NCBI GenBank assembly: GCA_002633005.1
Contig: NMRA01000523.1
Span: 125,790-189,789 of the forward strand
Origin: Phoronis australis
Taxonomy: Eukaryota > Animalia > Phoronida
DNA: 64,000 bases
Direction of reading: 5' to 3'
Shown here: positions 1-12,133 of the stretch, in pieces
Numbering within the stretch: the first letter of the stretch is position 1
Layout of the letters: every line of letters begins with the position of its first letter
The notes under the pieces: generated by a model
The model's database searches: none
Seen by the model: the letters and a program-made list of their open reading frames with translations, nothing else
Told to the model about the DNA's origin: nothing
Made by a program: the position numbers and the translations under genes

Positions 1-2131
1 GGGGGGGGGGGGGGATATTCGACTATTTTGAACGGAGTGCACGCCAGCCTCAGCTGAACAAATGAGGTATTGTACTTGCCTTTTATAGACTGGACGCCAA
101 AAGAGATACCTCTTCTTTCTGCTTACAACTGGCTCAAGAGATCTCAAAGAGTGTATAAAAACTACCTGTCGGTCGAATACAAAGTCAGTCACCAGGTGGC
201 GAGACCTATCTCATCCACTGAGTCGGTTATCGCACACTAACTGACAAACTGTCTCAGGGTGGAAATCGTTGACATTTTGTGAGTCCTCTCAAAAATAATC
301 CAACAAAGATACAATTTACGAGAAACGGAATCAGGGGAAGTTCTCAAAAGGCAGAAATCAGTTGTCGCTTGGCATTGCTTTTGCAGCCCTACTGTATATT
401 CATTGCCAGATATGTTAACGATAGTGTCATGTATTTTTCGTCTGACGGTCGCACCTGTGCATGTTATTATTTTTAAAGATGTTAATTATCTATTTTTAAT
501 ATATAAATTTATTTATATGCAGTTTATTGTTTTTTTTTTTTCAGATGTTAAACGTTTTGTCATGATCTGGGGGACCCGGGGGGGGGGGAGGGGGGCCAAA
601 CGCACTGAGAATTAAAATGAGTTTCGACCGTAGCCAGTTTTTGAGGTGTTCCCTCGTGGCTGCACGACAGTGCTCCTGACTCGTACTTAGATTGTGCCGT
701 TCATGAAATTGTGTCAGTCTACAAATTCGTGAACTGGCCAAGCGAGAGTGAAAATTTCCGCCTAACTCAAATAGAAATTTTGGTCATTTCTTTTAGTTTT
801 TTCATCAAAGCTTTAAGTATAATTTTAAAAACACTTCTGTCCCCAATTTTAATTTTTTTAATTTTGATTGCTTGGTCAATGCTTCCAAAACTTTTGAGAG
901 AGAGGCTTCGGGGAAATTTCGTTTACACGATGATGTCATATGTTATACTTCACACTCGCCTGATTGGTTGAGTATATCTCTAGAGTGCTAGAAGGGGTTA
1001 GGAATAATGGGTGGTGTAATTTGAGTCGCAATTGATTATTTTTTGTGCTATGTAAGGAAAAAAACAATATTTTATTCAAAAATACTTGTATTTCTGGTGT
1101 CAAAAGGGTGTTTTTGGTGGCTGGAGGCTATCGTCAAGAACTTGTGGTGCGGGGATCGCATTTTTGGAGGACGGCAATGAGGGTTTTTCTTCGTGAAAAA
1201 AGTTTCGCAGCGTCCGGGGTAAGATTTCTTTTATGCCAGGTCAAGGCAACTCAGTGTGAGCTCTACGGATGAGGACACTCGTAGTGTTACAGGTCAGTGT
1301 GATGAAGTGCGAGCTAAATTCACTTGTAGCAGAAAAATGCATGAACTCGCCATTTTCAATCTGACATGGTCTTACGAGCGCGGACTCGGCGCTTTTCAAC
1401 TCTCCTGGCGAAGCCCGCATTGGCGCAACTGAAACCTACAGAAAAGCACCATTGAGTTTGTATTCTTGCATTGTGCTGTAAATTGTGTTTTTTCACTTTG
1501 GTGCACCGTTGGCATACGCAATCACACAACAAAAAATAGAAAATGTAAATTTTACTACCGGTCTCATCTCTTAAATTTTCTACGGCGACGAGAGCAGCAG
1601 CGCTAATACATGTAGCTGTCGACTGTTTCATCGCGTTGTCTCCATGTCACAAGTGGTGACATATCGTACCTGAATGATGTGATCACATGATACATAATAG
1701 TATATGAATGATGTGATCACGTGATACATACATGTAATAGTATAAATATAGCTTTGTTATAAAACGCATGTATAACAACTCCTAAACTGTTTCACAAACA
1801 TTATCGCCACTGTAAATATAAAATCCTTCAGTGAAGACTAGAATTATGGGCACATACAATTTTACAACTTGTTTGCTATGCCGAAGTCGATAAATTAAAT
1901 AACGGTAAAGTGTTCCATCTTCTATGATCATCGAGAGAACAAGTAGGCAAATGAGTTCTTCAGTCTTTAGCGTCACAGTTAGATTAGGGTCCTTTCTGGG
2001 CAATCCTCAGTCACTCATTATGCATGAGATGGTTGGTACATAAATCAAACACTCAACACATTAAAGGCTGAGATAGATTGACATCTGCAATCTCGCTTGT
2101 TCCCCACTTCCACTTGTTAATAAATTCCAAC

Positions 2132-5100
2132 TCAATACTTTGTAACTTGATCGTAAGGTGGTGGTTGTGCAACCCCGCCAGGGGCGCTGTACGCCGTCTT
2201 GTAGTCAGACTCTGAAAAAAGTTTTGCCGTTGAACTGTGTAATGTAATTTGTTTTGTGAACGTTTCTTACTAGCTTCAAGTACTGACGTAGGACTATTTC
2301 TCAAATGGTCAAAATATCAAATAAATGCACGTACTTGGACAGGTTGTCTGTCGTATTCTAGACCCATGTGTAGTCATTATTTTGGGTTCTGTGCACTCAA
2401 CGGCAACGTAGTATTCTACTCATGTTGTACTTAAAGACAACAGTGATTCGCGTTCGTTTTCGTATAAAAAAGATGTTCACAAATTCATGAATTATTTTGC
2501 ATTTTTGCAGGCTGACTGCATGATTAACAACAGCCTTATGTACCTTTCTTGAAATGGTCTACAATTTCCTTGTCCGTACCAATCCTACCTTGCAAGCTAG
2601 ACAAATATTATAACTTTTTAGTCACATCCGACTTTGACTGGATGACCTGTATACCACCGATAGAACCAAAGTCAATCCAAGGTTTAAGAAGGAAAATATT
2701 GTGATTATGTACCTTTAAATCCGTAGGCAGGTGGCTGATCGCTAACTTCTCCCGACGGCAGTTGAGCCTTTGCACTCGCTAGAAGACAATAATAAAATAT
2801 TAAGCTTTAGCGACTGAGTTGTTCTCCCTTTTGAGTGGTCAGCACACCTCACAATCCTCAGTGGTAAGCGCATCCTCACTTCTATTTCCCATGGGCTTGC
2901 AAATAGTATTCGAAATAGTCACTTGGAGGCATGTGGTTCCTGGTCTTATTTGCCTCGTATCAAAAGCAAAAAGAAATAAAACGCGATTGGTCATCGAGAC
3001 ACAAGCATGTCATAGCATATCAACCACAGTAGTTACATGAGCTGGGACATGCCCACTCACCTTCAGTCCTATTTTGAAACCTGCAGGCTCCTTCCCTTTG
3101 TGAAGAACACGAGGCTGAAAAATAAATATCGTCAAGCGCATATACTCATTGTTTCGCAGCTGGATTCCATTTAAGTATGTAATGGTAAATTATTTTAGGA
3201 TCTAGCAGGCTTGCTGAACTCAATCAAATCCCCTCGGGAAGTTGACTTCTTTGCAACATAAGGTTCTCTATACTGTCAAACTTTGGGCTCTAAATAATGT
3301 TGAACGTTGCTTTGAATTACAAAAAAGAAGAAAACAAATACAAAAATTCGATGTCGTGAACATTTTTGTTCGTTTTTTTTTCTGTTCATTGGAGCATCTT
3401 ACGTCGAATTTCATTCCCAGAGACTCTAAATTAATTCAGGATACTCCTTGTACACGAGAGGTTGTGTACTTTCAACAATGATAAATCCAGCCAATCGGTT
3501 CTAGTCGCTGCACTTCTCAAACTTTTTTCCACCCTATTGATCGCTCTCAAGGAAGTAATAAAGACATCAAAAAGAAACCTTGCGACTCTGTGCACAAAGT
3601 CTGTGAGTTCACAGATTCGCAATGCAAGTGTTACAAGAACGTATTACTTCCTAGGTCTCGGCATGGACCGAGTGATAACGGACAACGCATGTGTTTTACG
3701 GAAAGCTGGATCCCTATGTTTCAAATTTCACTTTATACACCAATCTTTAATTATTCTGTCGAGATTTTCGTGAAAACTCCGGTTTCCGCTTTCAAAGTAT
3801 TACAAGTAGCAACATTTTATGCTTCCAGTCCGACTTTGATTTCATTCTAGCAACCGAAGTAGCTCACATGAATGCAACACCTTGTTCGTCTACCAAAACT
3901 GGTGGGATGGGGTAAACGTCCTCTCCTACTCTTCGAACTCGTTTCATTCTAAAGGCCCGTGCCTGACTGAACGGGCACCCCTGAGACTTTCAACGCATTA
4001 GGCGTTAACCCTAACGAATACAGTGAACTTACATTTTTTCGCTAAACAGCAATGTTTGACGATCCAGGCAATACATCCAAGGCCCACCAGTCCAGCAAAA
4101 ATGAACCCAACAACTGCACCAGCGGTTCGACCAGGGCTGTCAACAAACATAATACAGGTATTAAACGGACCTTGCAAAACAGTAATTCTGGATTTCAGCC
4201 TCGCCGACCAATTACAAAATGTTCCCCCACCCACAAAACATGAGTACAAAATGATTTTCAAAAATGTAACTGTGCTCGGCTTTAATAATGTTCCCCATGG
4301 GATGGTAGTTAGTTATCATTCTGCGTCTTTTAAGTTATTAGCGTATGTTCCTGAAGCCACTTTGAAACTTGCACAATGTTTTGACTAGTACTGACATGCA
4401 ATTTGCACAATGTTTTGACTAGTACTGACACGCAATTTGACGTGGCATAAGTGTCAAATCAGAGGTTTCTTGTTTGCGCACGTTTCGCGCATTCTTTACG
4501 CACTGTTTGCGATAGAAACGAGCTGCAATGCCACGCACCATACTGTGCACGCCCCCAACATAGTCTGTACGTGAACATTAATGTCATGACGTGCAGTGAT
4601 AAGTAATATGCCCGCAGTCCTCTTGAGTACCTCTCCACTTATTCACGTGCAATTCACGTTTTATTCCGGCCAATCAATGCTTGCCATTTTTAACACACTT
4701 TCGCACAGTTCAGAACCATTTCAGTCGTTTTTCTGCAGAGACTAATCACTGAACGATAGTGGTGCCCACGCAAGTCACTTTATCATGCACGTGTCAGGGT
4801 AGCAGGACGCTAATTTTTGTACTCGCAAACGGGCACAAAATGTTGATTTTGTGCCCCTTAGTGACAACGACTAACTCACTCTTCCCAGAATCCGCAGCAG
4901 CGTTCCTCTCCTTCTGGTCCACAACAGTGCTCCATATCGTCACTCTGGTCCCACATGGGACAAATGAACTCTCCATATACAGTGCCATTTGAGTCCTTTT
5001 CAACATTATTCACGCAGATCATAGGTTCTAGAAATAGAAGTGTACACATAAAAATGTTAGAATATCTGAAGTCTTAACCGTGGGGATCATCTGTGTAACA

Positions 5101-6421
5101 ATTAAGTATATGTAAATATAGAGCTTTGGTGTCATGTTGAAGTTGAACAACTGCTCCATAGGTATCGCCGTTTAGATTCTTGTAAGAAAGGAAGTTTCAA
5201 ACAGAAACCTGTGAATTTTTTACATAGCCTTTGTACATGTACAAGAAAAGGTTAGGGGCATAGAAATGAAATGTCAATTCATTTCGAACGAGGCATAAAA
5301 ATAAATATCTCTGCTCATTGGACAAGAACTTTCTTAGTAATGTTTTCATATCGTCTTTGCATAATTAGGGCATGTATTTGGCACTACTCAAAGTTATAAT
5401 AATTTTGGTCAATATGCTATCGCTGACAGATAAGTTTCGGATGATTTCACATAGGTATTTCCCTGTTGTGTTGTTGAATTAGCTGCAGCTAATAACTGAG
5501 TCCTCGATTGATGCCACCCTCTTGATCATATATTGGAAATGCCACTGAACCACATTGACTAATTCAAGGACAATTCAGAATGTTGGACGAAATGCGTATG
5601 TAACGAAGATGACAAAACGTCCCACTTGATAAAAGTCATCTACCAACTGACCTTGTCTGATGAAAAAAGCTTTAACAATGTAGTTCACATAAGTTATGTA
5701 GTACGAACCGGAAAACGAATTAACAGGCTGAAAATTCGCATGAGAGCAAAAAAATCTGGAGTATATACTTAGCTACGGATTACTGTTATTAATTTGTTCT
5801 TCATATCTATATACAGATCAAGGTATGTATTCTGTACTTGATTCCACCCAGCGCGCGTTTCGTATCTGAGGCTAGTTTCATCTACCCGTACCTTCATCAG
5901 GGTTGTGGTGATATCGGCTCCTCGTCATGTATCGCCGACTGCCGTACAGCGTTCCAGCTAACAGCATAGTTCTCCACGAAGATCCAGAACTTCCTGATCT
6001 TGAACCTCCACTCCAGCTGCGTGCGCGACTGCCGCCTCGGGAACCCCCTCGCGCTCCACCGCCGCCTCTACCGCCGCGAGCATCTACAGGTCAGATAAAA
6101 TTCAGGATGCATGAACGTGACTGACAAAACAGACTCACAAGAACTCACAAATGGTGACTGCGCTACAAGGGATCTATGGAAAGGAAAGATTACTTATAGC
6201 CTCGAAAACATATTGAGTCAATGAATCATTCAAAGTTGATGCCTATGATCCGTGTCCCTAGACACGTTGCGTAAATCAAGTTTAGGTACTAAAAGAACTC
6301 ACAACGCGTCAACACTAACGCTCGTCTACTGCTTAAAGTAAATTAAAATCCTACCTGATTCGGTGATCCAAATCAGCAGAACCAGCGCCATAAGAGCCGA
6401 AAATTTTACCCATTTCCTCAT
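2132..6421 (-). CDS. Shisa-like (six-Cys, STMC6-type) single-pass membrane protein with RG-rich N-terminus and two PPxY motifs, copy 1; 7 coding exons, 236 aa
   Basis: Hand-spliced exons, all GT-AG and phase-compatible: 6421-6355, 6083-5892, 5027-4880, 4136-4033, 3114-3061, 2778-2713, 2211-2132 (711 nt, no internal stop). Translation: MRKWVKFSALMALVLLIWITES/DARGGRGGGGARGGSRGGSRARSWSGGSRSGSSGSSWRTMLLAGTLYGSRRYMTRSRYHHNPDE/EPMICVNNVEKDSNGTVYGEFICPMWDQSDDMEHCCGPEGEERCCGFWE/DPGRTAGAVVGFIFAGLVGLGCIAWIVKHCCLAKK/SSCSSQREGACRFQNRTE/ASAKAQLPSGEVSDQPPAYGFK/ESDYKTAYSAPGGVAQPPPYDQVTKY*. Exon lengths are identical in copy 2. Confidence 0.9.
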
Positions 6422-6519
6422 GCTGTCACTCTTCTGTCTGGCCTGGGTAGTCAATACACTCAAAGCCAGGGCATGTGTAAATAATATTTCACAATCGCCG
6501 ATTGCTAGATGAGCCTTAC

Positions 6520-6600
6520 CTGTGAGATTGTTTGCTTAATGCGACATCAGATGGTGAGAACAAAGCCGCGGTCAAAGCGCATGCGTTATTTTGCAAGTTA
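6520..6600 (-). other. Probable 5' non-coding exon of copy 1 (upstream boundary uncertain)
   Basis: Strong donor CAG|GTAAGG at 6520/6519, conserved in copy 2 at 22377/22376. Candidate acceptors (cccag, gccag) lie just upstream of the ATG. Confidence 0.45.
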
Positions 6601-8775
6601 CCCTGCGAGGTAAGGGGCATAGATTGCACAACTTACGCCCTTTGTAAGTAGTCCCTGGAAGCAATACATTCATGGTCTATTTTTATTTCATTCAATTCAT
6701 ACAACAGGCTATTAACTGGGAAAGTCCACGGGGGTGACTTGCAAATAAAGTACTGGCGAAAGCAATGTGTCGAAACAGGCTCACATACCGACAACTTGTT
6801 CGGTAAAAACTACATGTTACTTATTTTGTTACCGATAGTAGTGAAAAATCATGACTAAAGTAGAGCTGTAGTGAACCCGAAAAGGATATCAAGCAATCGA
6901 AGCATAAACCGCTAATCAAAGTTCGAAAGTAAACGGCATATTTTCGAAACTTAAAACATTGTGTATCCGATCATATTTTACAAATTTTCTAATTCTGCTT
7001 CCAATCATATATCGAGTAACGATGTAGGAGATTTCACCGAGTTAAAAACTTGCTGAAAAGATTTTAAAAGAAATTGTAACATTCAGCTGATTGCAACGTC
7101 CTAAATTGCTCAGCCAATTGAAATTCTTCAAACATTAAATTTAGAAGACATACGTCATCGCGTATAGAATGTTTTTTCAAATACTTCAACAACGTGCACC
7201 ACTAAGACGGAAATGTATTACAATGCACAATTCCACCCTAAATACTCGCTACACCGTTGAAAATCTGCACCGAACAACACTAGAAGATGCCAAGGCATGC
7301 CAAGGCTATATCTAACTAATATTTTGATAGTTAAAACACGAACAATTGTACCTCCAAACACAAGGGTTTTGCCAAAAACAAAAACGCAGAACTGGGACCC
7401 TTTCTTAAAGAACGGTTTAAGATTCACGTATTAGACTAAACATTTGCCTAGTTAAGACTGAGAGACCGGAGACAAAAAATGAGAAAAGACCGTTTCATGA
7501 ACACATAGTCTTCGTTTTTAAGTTAGGCGGAAATGAAGTCGAGTTTTGACGTAGCTGAACATATAAACTTTGCTTCTTCAAGGTTTTCCATTGAAACTAG
7601 AACCCCGGTATAAAACGGATATCCGGGAGTAGAATGCAAACTCCCGCACCTTCAAAACACGAACAATTCTGACCTTTAAAACTTTAACCCAGGGGATCGG
7701 AAGGACACCAGGGAACCGAAACACCACTCAAGCATCTTAGGTCAGAGTGTGAATGCGTTGAGGTCAGAAATTCCGATTCCAAAGTCCCTTACAAATGACC
7801 GATGAGGAGTTGAAGTAGACTTTTTTGAGAGCAAGAACGGTAGAATTTGTGACGGTGAAGGTCTTTTGAGGGAATAATTCTTGCGGTCCAATTCAAAACC
7901 CGTAAATTAGTTGTGCAGGCAAACTACTCTCGACCAGTAAATCGAGGAACCCTAAAATGAGGCCAATTGTAAAGGTATTTCAAGGACTTAATCAACAATG
8001 GCACTTGAAGGTCAAAATTGTGTTTTTGTTTTTCATTTTTGAAAAGATTTCTGGAGAAACTAAATATTCACAGAGATAACCACGTGTTGAGAGTATAGAT
8101 TATACTGAAATTCGCCCTCTCAAGTTGCTCGAGTTTTACCGATGAAAATTATATACCAAAGTCAATATCAAGTTACGTTTTATTATTGACAATTTTTAAC
8201 AAACAAATGCAGAAAACAACTGCAAAGCAAAGTACTTGAGATGCTTTAAGTCTGAGGCTACTGACATCGTCTCAGAAAATTTGAAAATTGTCCGGGTTTC
8301 AGTCCTCTCCGATCTCAGGGTTCCTGTTTTAGAGGTCGGGTTCGTGTTTTTATGTTCGGTTTACGTGTTTTGGGATGGTTAGCTGTCTTGAAAGTGCTTG
8401 AGTCTGTTTTTTGACTTCGGGAAATCTTTTTACACAAGGGTTTCAATTTCGATGGAATACTTTGTACTTGTTGCTAATTAAAAAATAAGAGAGGTGGTGT
8501 GCCAAATGCGATTTCAAGAAACGCTAAGAGACTTTGGACACACATGTGTCGTTAAGTAGCCAACATCTCAACCTTTATTCCAGTCTTTAGTGCCGTGCCA
8601 AACATATATGAAAATTCACTTTTTGTTTATGTTTTGTGAAAAGCGAACTGAGGCCCATGCAGTCACGTTTCCCTTTGTCTCCGGCGTAGGCTTACAACTA
8701 CTAGCTCACAGAGTCAACTGTTCAAAAGTCTCAACGCGTTTCTCGTTTTAATCATTCATTTCGGCGTTAAGTAGA

Positions 8776-9039
8776 TGTGGAACCAGTCCTACTATACAGT
8801 GTACATGTTGTGGAACCAGTCCTACTATACAGTGTACATGTTGTGGAACCAGTCCTACTATACAGTGTACATGTTGTGGAACCAGTCCTACTATACAGTG
8901 TACATGTTGTGGAACCAGTCCCACTATACAGTGTACATGTTGTGGAACCAGTCCTACTATACAGTGTACATGTTGTGGAACCAGTCCTACTATACAGTGT
9001 ACATGTTGTGGAACCAGTCCTACTATACAGTGTACATGT
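8776..9039. repeat. 33-bp minisatellite, ~8 copies
   Basis: Unit tgtggaaccagtcctactatacagtgtacatgt repeated head-to-tail with one substitution (~8921) and no spacers. It explains the 11-aa repeat ORFs. Confidence 0.97.
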
Positions 9040-12000
9040 AGCTGTGGTGGAATATTGTGGTCATATACAGTCGACAATCAGCTCATTTTTGCATTTTGGG
9101 TTCAAATCGAATTGTAAACAAATACAGTTTCAAGTGTTCGGGGTTTCCGCATCAGGTCGGGTGTTAATGTTCATCTGGGTCTACCTTTTGCCACATTCAA
9201 TTGGGCTGGTACAGAATGAAAATCCCGCTGGGCACTTTCTTTTAATGGTTAAAAGTTTTCAAGTTATCAAATAAGATTGATAACATCAATATTCGCATTC
9301 ATATCTTCATGCGTGACACTTCCATGTTGTTGTGTGTCATACCACATAATATCAATGGAAATCCAAACCTGTCAGAAAGACCTAACTGGACTCGACCTGG
9401 CAGACATTCTTTGTTACGGGCAAAAAAGCCCGTATGTTGCAACTCAAACCTGATGGAAGCACCGGCAAACCTGCCTTGAGTTCAGTAACGCTGCGACTTC
9501 GCTGAAACTCTACTGTATCCTATTGAGGTTAAAACTGGTCGTGGAGAACGCTGATGTACCAAAATGGCTCTCAAGTATATTTGACCGTTGTTTTTTTTTT
9601 CTTTTACACGTACCGGTTATGACGAAAAAACAACTCAAGAGTGGAAATACCTTTTTGTAAACAATTATTTAAAAATCTCGATTAGTGGTTGAAAACTTCA
9701 TCTTCATAATTGGAAAAAGGGACCAAAGAATTGATGAACCCAATCGAACATCATATGCGTGCAATACAAGGTCAGGTACTGGATACGTTGAAAGAGGCTT
9801 GTGATTAGACACTATTTGCTGGAAGACAACACAGTGTGAGACCAGGGTTCGAAATACACGGTGGCCGGGGCCAGTGGATTTGCGGCCGGGTCAGCAAACT
9901 TTCACATATATAGGCCCTATGTGGATGTGGTCTCATATTGAAGTAACTATAGTGACCCAGCACACTTATTTGCTGAAGGTCGATCATAACATTGTGTGAG
10001 ACGTGTTCCGCAGAAGATGCTGTATTCTTCATGCCAATGTGCCACTGCGCTTTCTTTTTGCCACATTCTGTTTGCACAGCAGTCGACTCCATGTTCTACT
10101 ATGATGGGAATAGCACAAAGATAATTTGACTGAGGACTTTGTTCACTGCAGCTAAACACGTGAAACGTAAATTCATGAAAAGACCTGTACATGTGAATTT
10201 GAGGTGTGGTAATAAAAGACAAAATGCGTGTATCTACTTCGTGATATCACCACCATTACCTTTATCTACGGTGAAATAACAATGGCATTCAACAACAAAC
10301 GAAATTAGATTAGAAAAAAAAGAATGGCTGACGATAGCAAATAATACTTAAAAGTATTGATAACAGCACAGCTTTAAGATTATATTTTTGTTTCCTAACT
10401 GAAGCATGAATCATCAGGGCAACTTCCCACGTCTAGCGTAAATCGGTTAAAACTGATTCCTTTACTTAGTAAATGTATATCTACAATGATGTAGCGTCCG
10501 CCAAGCAGTTCTATAGCATTGTTTTCGCGCACTGGTGTTTCTCATATTACTTGTAAGCGCTTTGCTTTTTAATTTCTGTCTCAATTTGTTATAGCTTTAG
10601 TTTGCCTATGTTTTAAAAATCGCCGGTAGATCATTTGAACACATGCAGTAGAACTGTAAACTTTCAAAACCCTCAGGGGAACGCCGGGTAGCACGATTTT
10701 GGTTCATGTTGCAACATGCGCCTCAAACGCATTTCAATGGCGGACGAAAAAAAACGGTAACACCGAACGTGCATGTAAGTACACTCTTTTGTGCGGCATG
10801 AAAATTTAACGCCACAGGTGAGAGCATTAATCTAAACATACCTAAATGAATTAAAAACAATTTGGTGCGTAAAAATGACAATATTATCCACGCGCTAGGA
10901 AAATAAAGAGACAGCATTCACAGCTGAAAACTACGGAAAGGTCAAGATTATTCCCCAAAATGAAAACTGCATTATACTGTTAAGTTATTATGTTATTACA
11001 AAAAATCGTTCTAAGAATTTAAGCAGAGCGTGAAGTCACGATAATCCTATACATCTAATGCATACTGTTCGTATTCTCGTTTTTATAATGAAACTGAATA
11101 AACTTGAACAATTACTGCTTTGAATCGCGGAGTGGTTGTTGTTGTTGTTGCATGTCCTTTGTTCTAGATAATGACGTAATGTAATAAGGTAATGTTAGAA
11201 TATTTTAAAGATTGTCTCTAACAAGTGCATGTATACATAAAGCTTTGATGTCATGTTGAAGATGGTAAGTGCTCCAAAAGGATCTGTGTTTGGATTCTCG
11301 TGAGACAGAAAAATACGATCGAAACTTTTTGTTTCATCTACATAACTGTAGGGGTACAGAAATAAAATGTCAAATCGTTGTGAATGCTTTAGAAATGAAA
11401 CGATCTTTCCTGGGTCGTTATTTTTCAGGTGTTAAACGTTCTGTCATGATATGGAGGTCCCCGAATGAACAGGCGCAGGNACTGAGAATTAAAATTAGTT
11501 TCGGCCGGACCCAGTTTTTGAGATGGACGATGTGTCCCCTCGTGACTGTACGACAGTGCTCCTGACTCGGAGGTAGATTGTGCCATTCATGAAATTGTGT
11601 CATGGCAGTCTAAAAATTCGTGAGCAAGAGAGAATGAAAATTTCCGCCAATGATAACTCAAAGAAAGTTTTTGGCCAGTTCTTTCATTTTTCTTTTTCAA
11701 GGTTTTATGTATGCATTTTTAAAAAGACTTCTGTCTCCATTTTTTTAATTTTGATGACATTGTCAATGCTTCCAAAACTTTTGAGAGGGAGGCTTCGGGG
11801 AAATTTCGTTGACACCATGATGTCATGTGTACCATTTTACGCTGATTGGTTGAGGGCGTTCGAAGGGGCTACGCTGATTGGTTGAGGGGCGCTCGAAGGG
11901 GTTACGAGTAATGGGTGGTGTAATTTGCGTCGCAACTAGTTACTTTTTGTGTTATGTAAGAAAAAATATTTTATTCAAAAATACTTCTATTTCTGGTGTC

Positions 12001-12133
12001 AAAAGGGTGTTTTAGTGGCTGGAGGCATTTTGTGAAGGATGGCAAATGAGGGTTTTTCTTCGTGAAAAATGTTGCGCACCGTCCGGGATAAGATTTCTTT
12101 TTTCCAGGTCTAGGCAGCCCAGTGTGTGCTTAA

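Larger units (their letters stand above)
541..11424. repeat. Tandem segmental duplication, unit 1 (paralogous to ~11425-34698)
   Basis: Colinear similarity seen by eye: 541 tcagatgttaaacgttttgtcatgat vs 11425 tcaggtgttaaacgttctgtcatgat. It continues through the whole gene to ~8520 (matching ~28800). 10880-11200 matches 32700-33010, and 11220-11420 matches 34490-34698. Confidence 0.9.

Noticed and set aside
3462-3773. Plus-strand ORFs conserved between the units (3462-3773, 15704-16141)
   Set aside because: They lie in duplicated intron 4, have different starts and ends, are interrupted by a TE in copy 2, and show no protein motif.
1672-4438. Small local tandem duplications (~35 bp at 1672-1745; 34 bp at 4369-4438)
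   Set aside because: Two-copy slippage events in non-coding sequence of unit 1 only, with no sign of function.
5927-6124. Pro-rich plus-strand ORFs (also 21804-22001)
   Set aside because: Antisense shadows of the Gly/Arg-rich minus-strand exon 2.
2132-6421. Naming the gene SPRN, PRNP or a numbered SHISA ortholog
   Set aside because: It has a TM helix and cytoplasmic tail rather than a GPI signal, and orthology cannot be established without phylogeny.
8776-9039. CRISPR-like array or repeat-protein ORFs (8748-9274)
   Set aside because: The units are contiguous with no unique spacers, no cas genes are present, and the context is eukaryotic. The ORFs arise because the 33-bp unit lacks stops in some frames.
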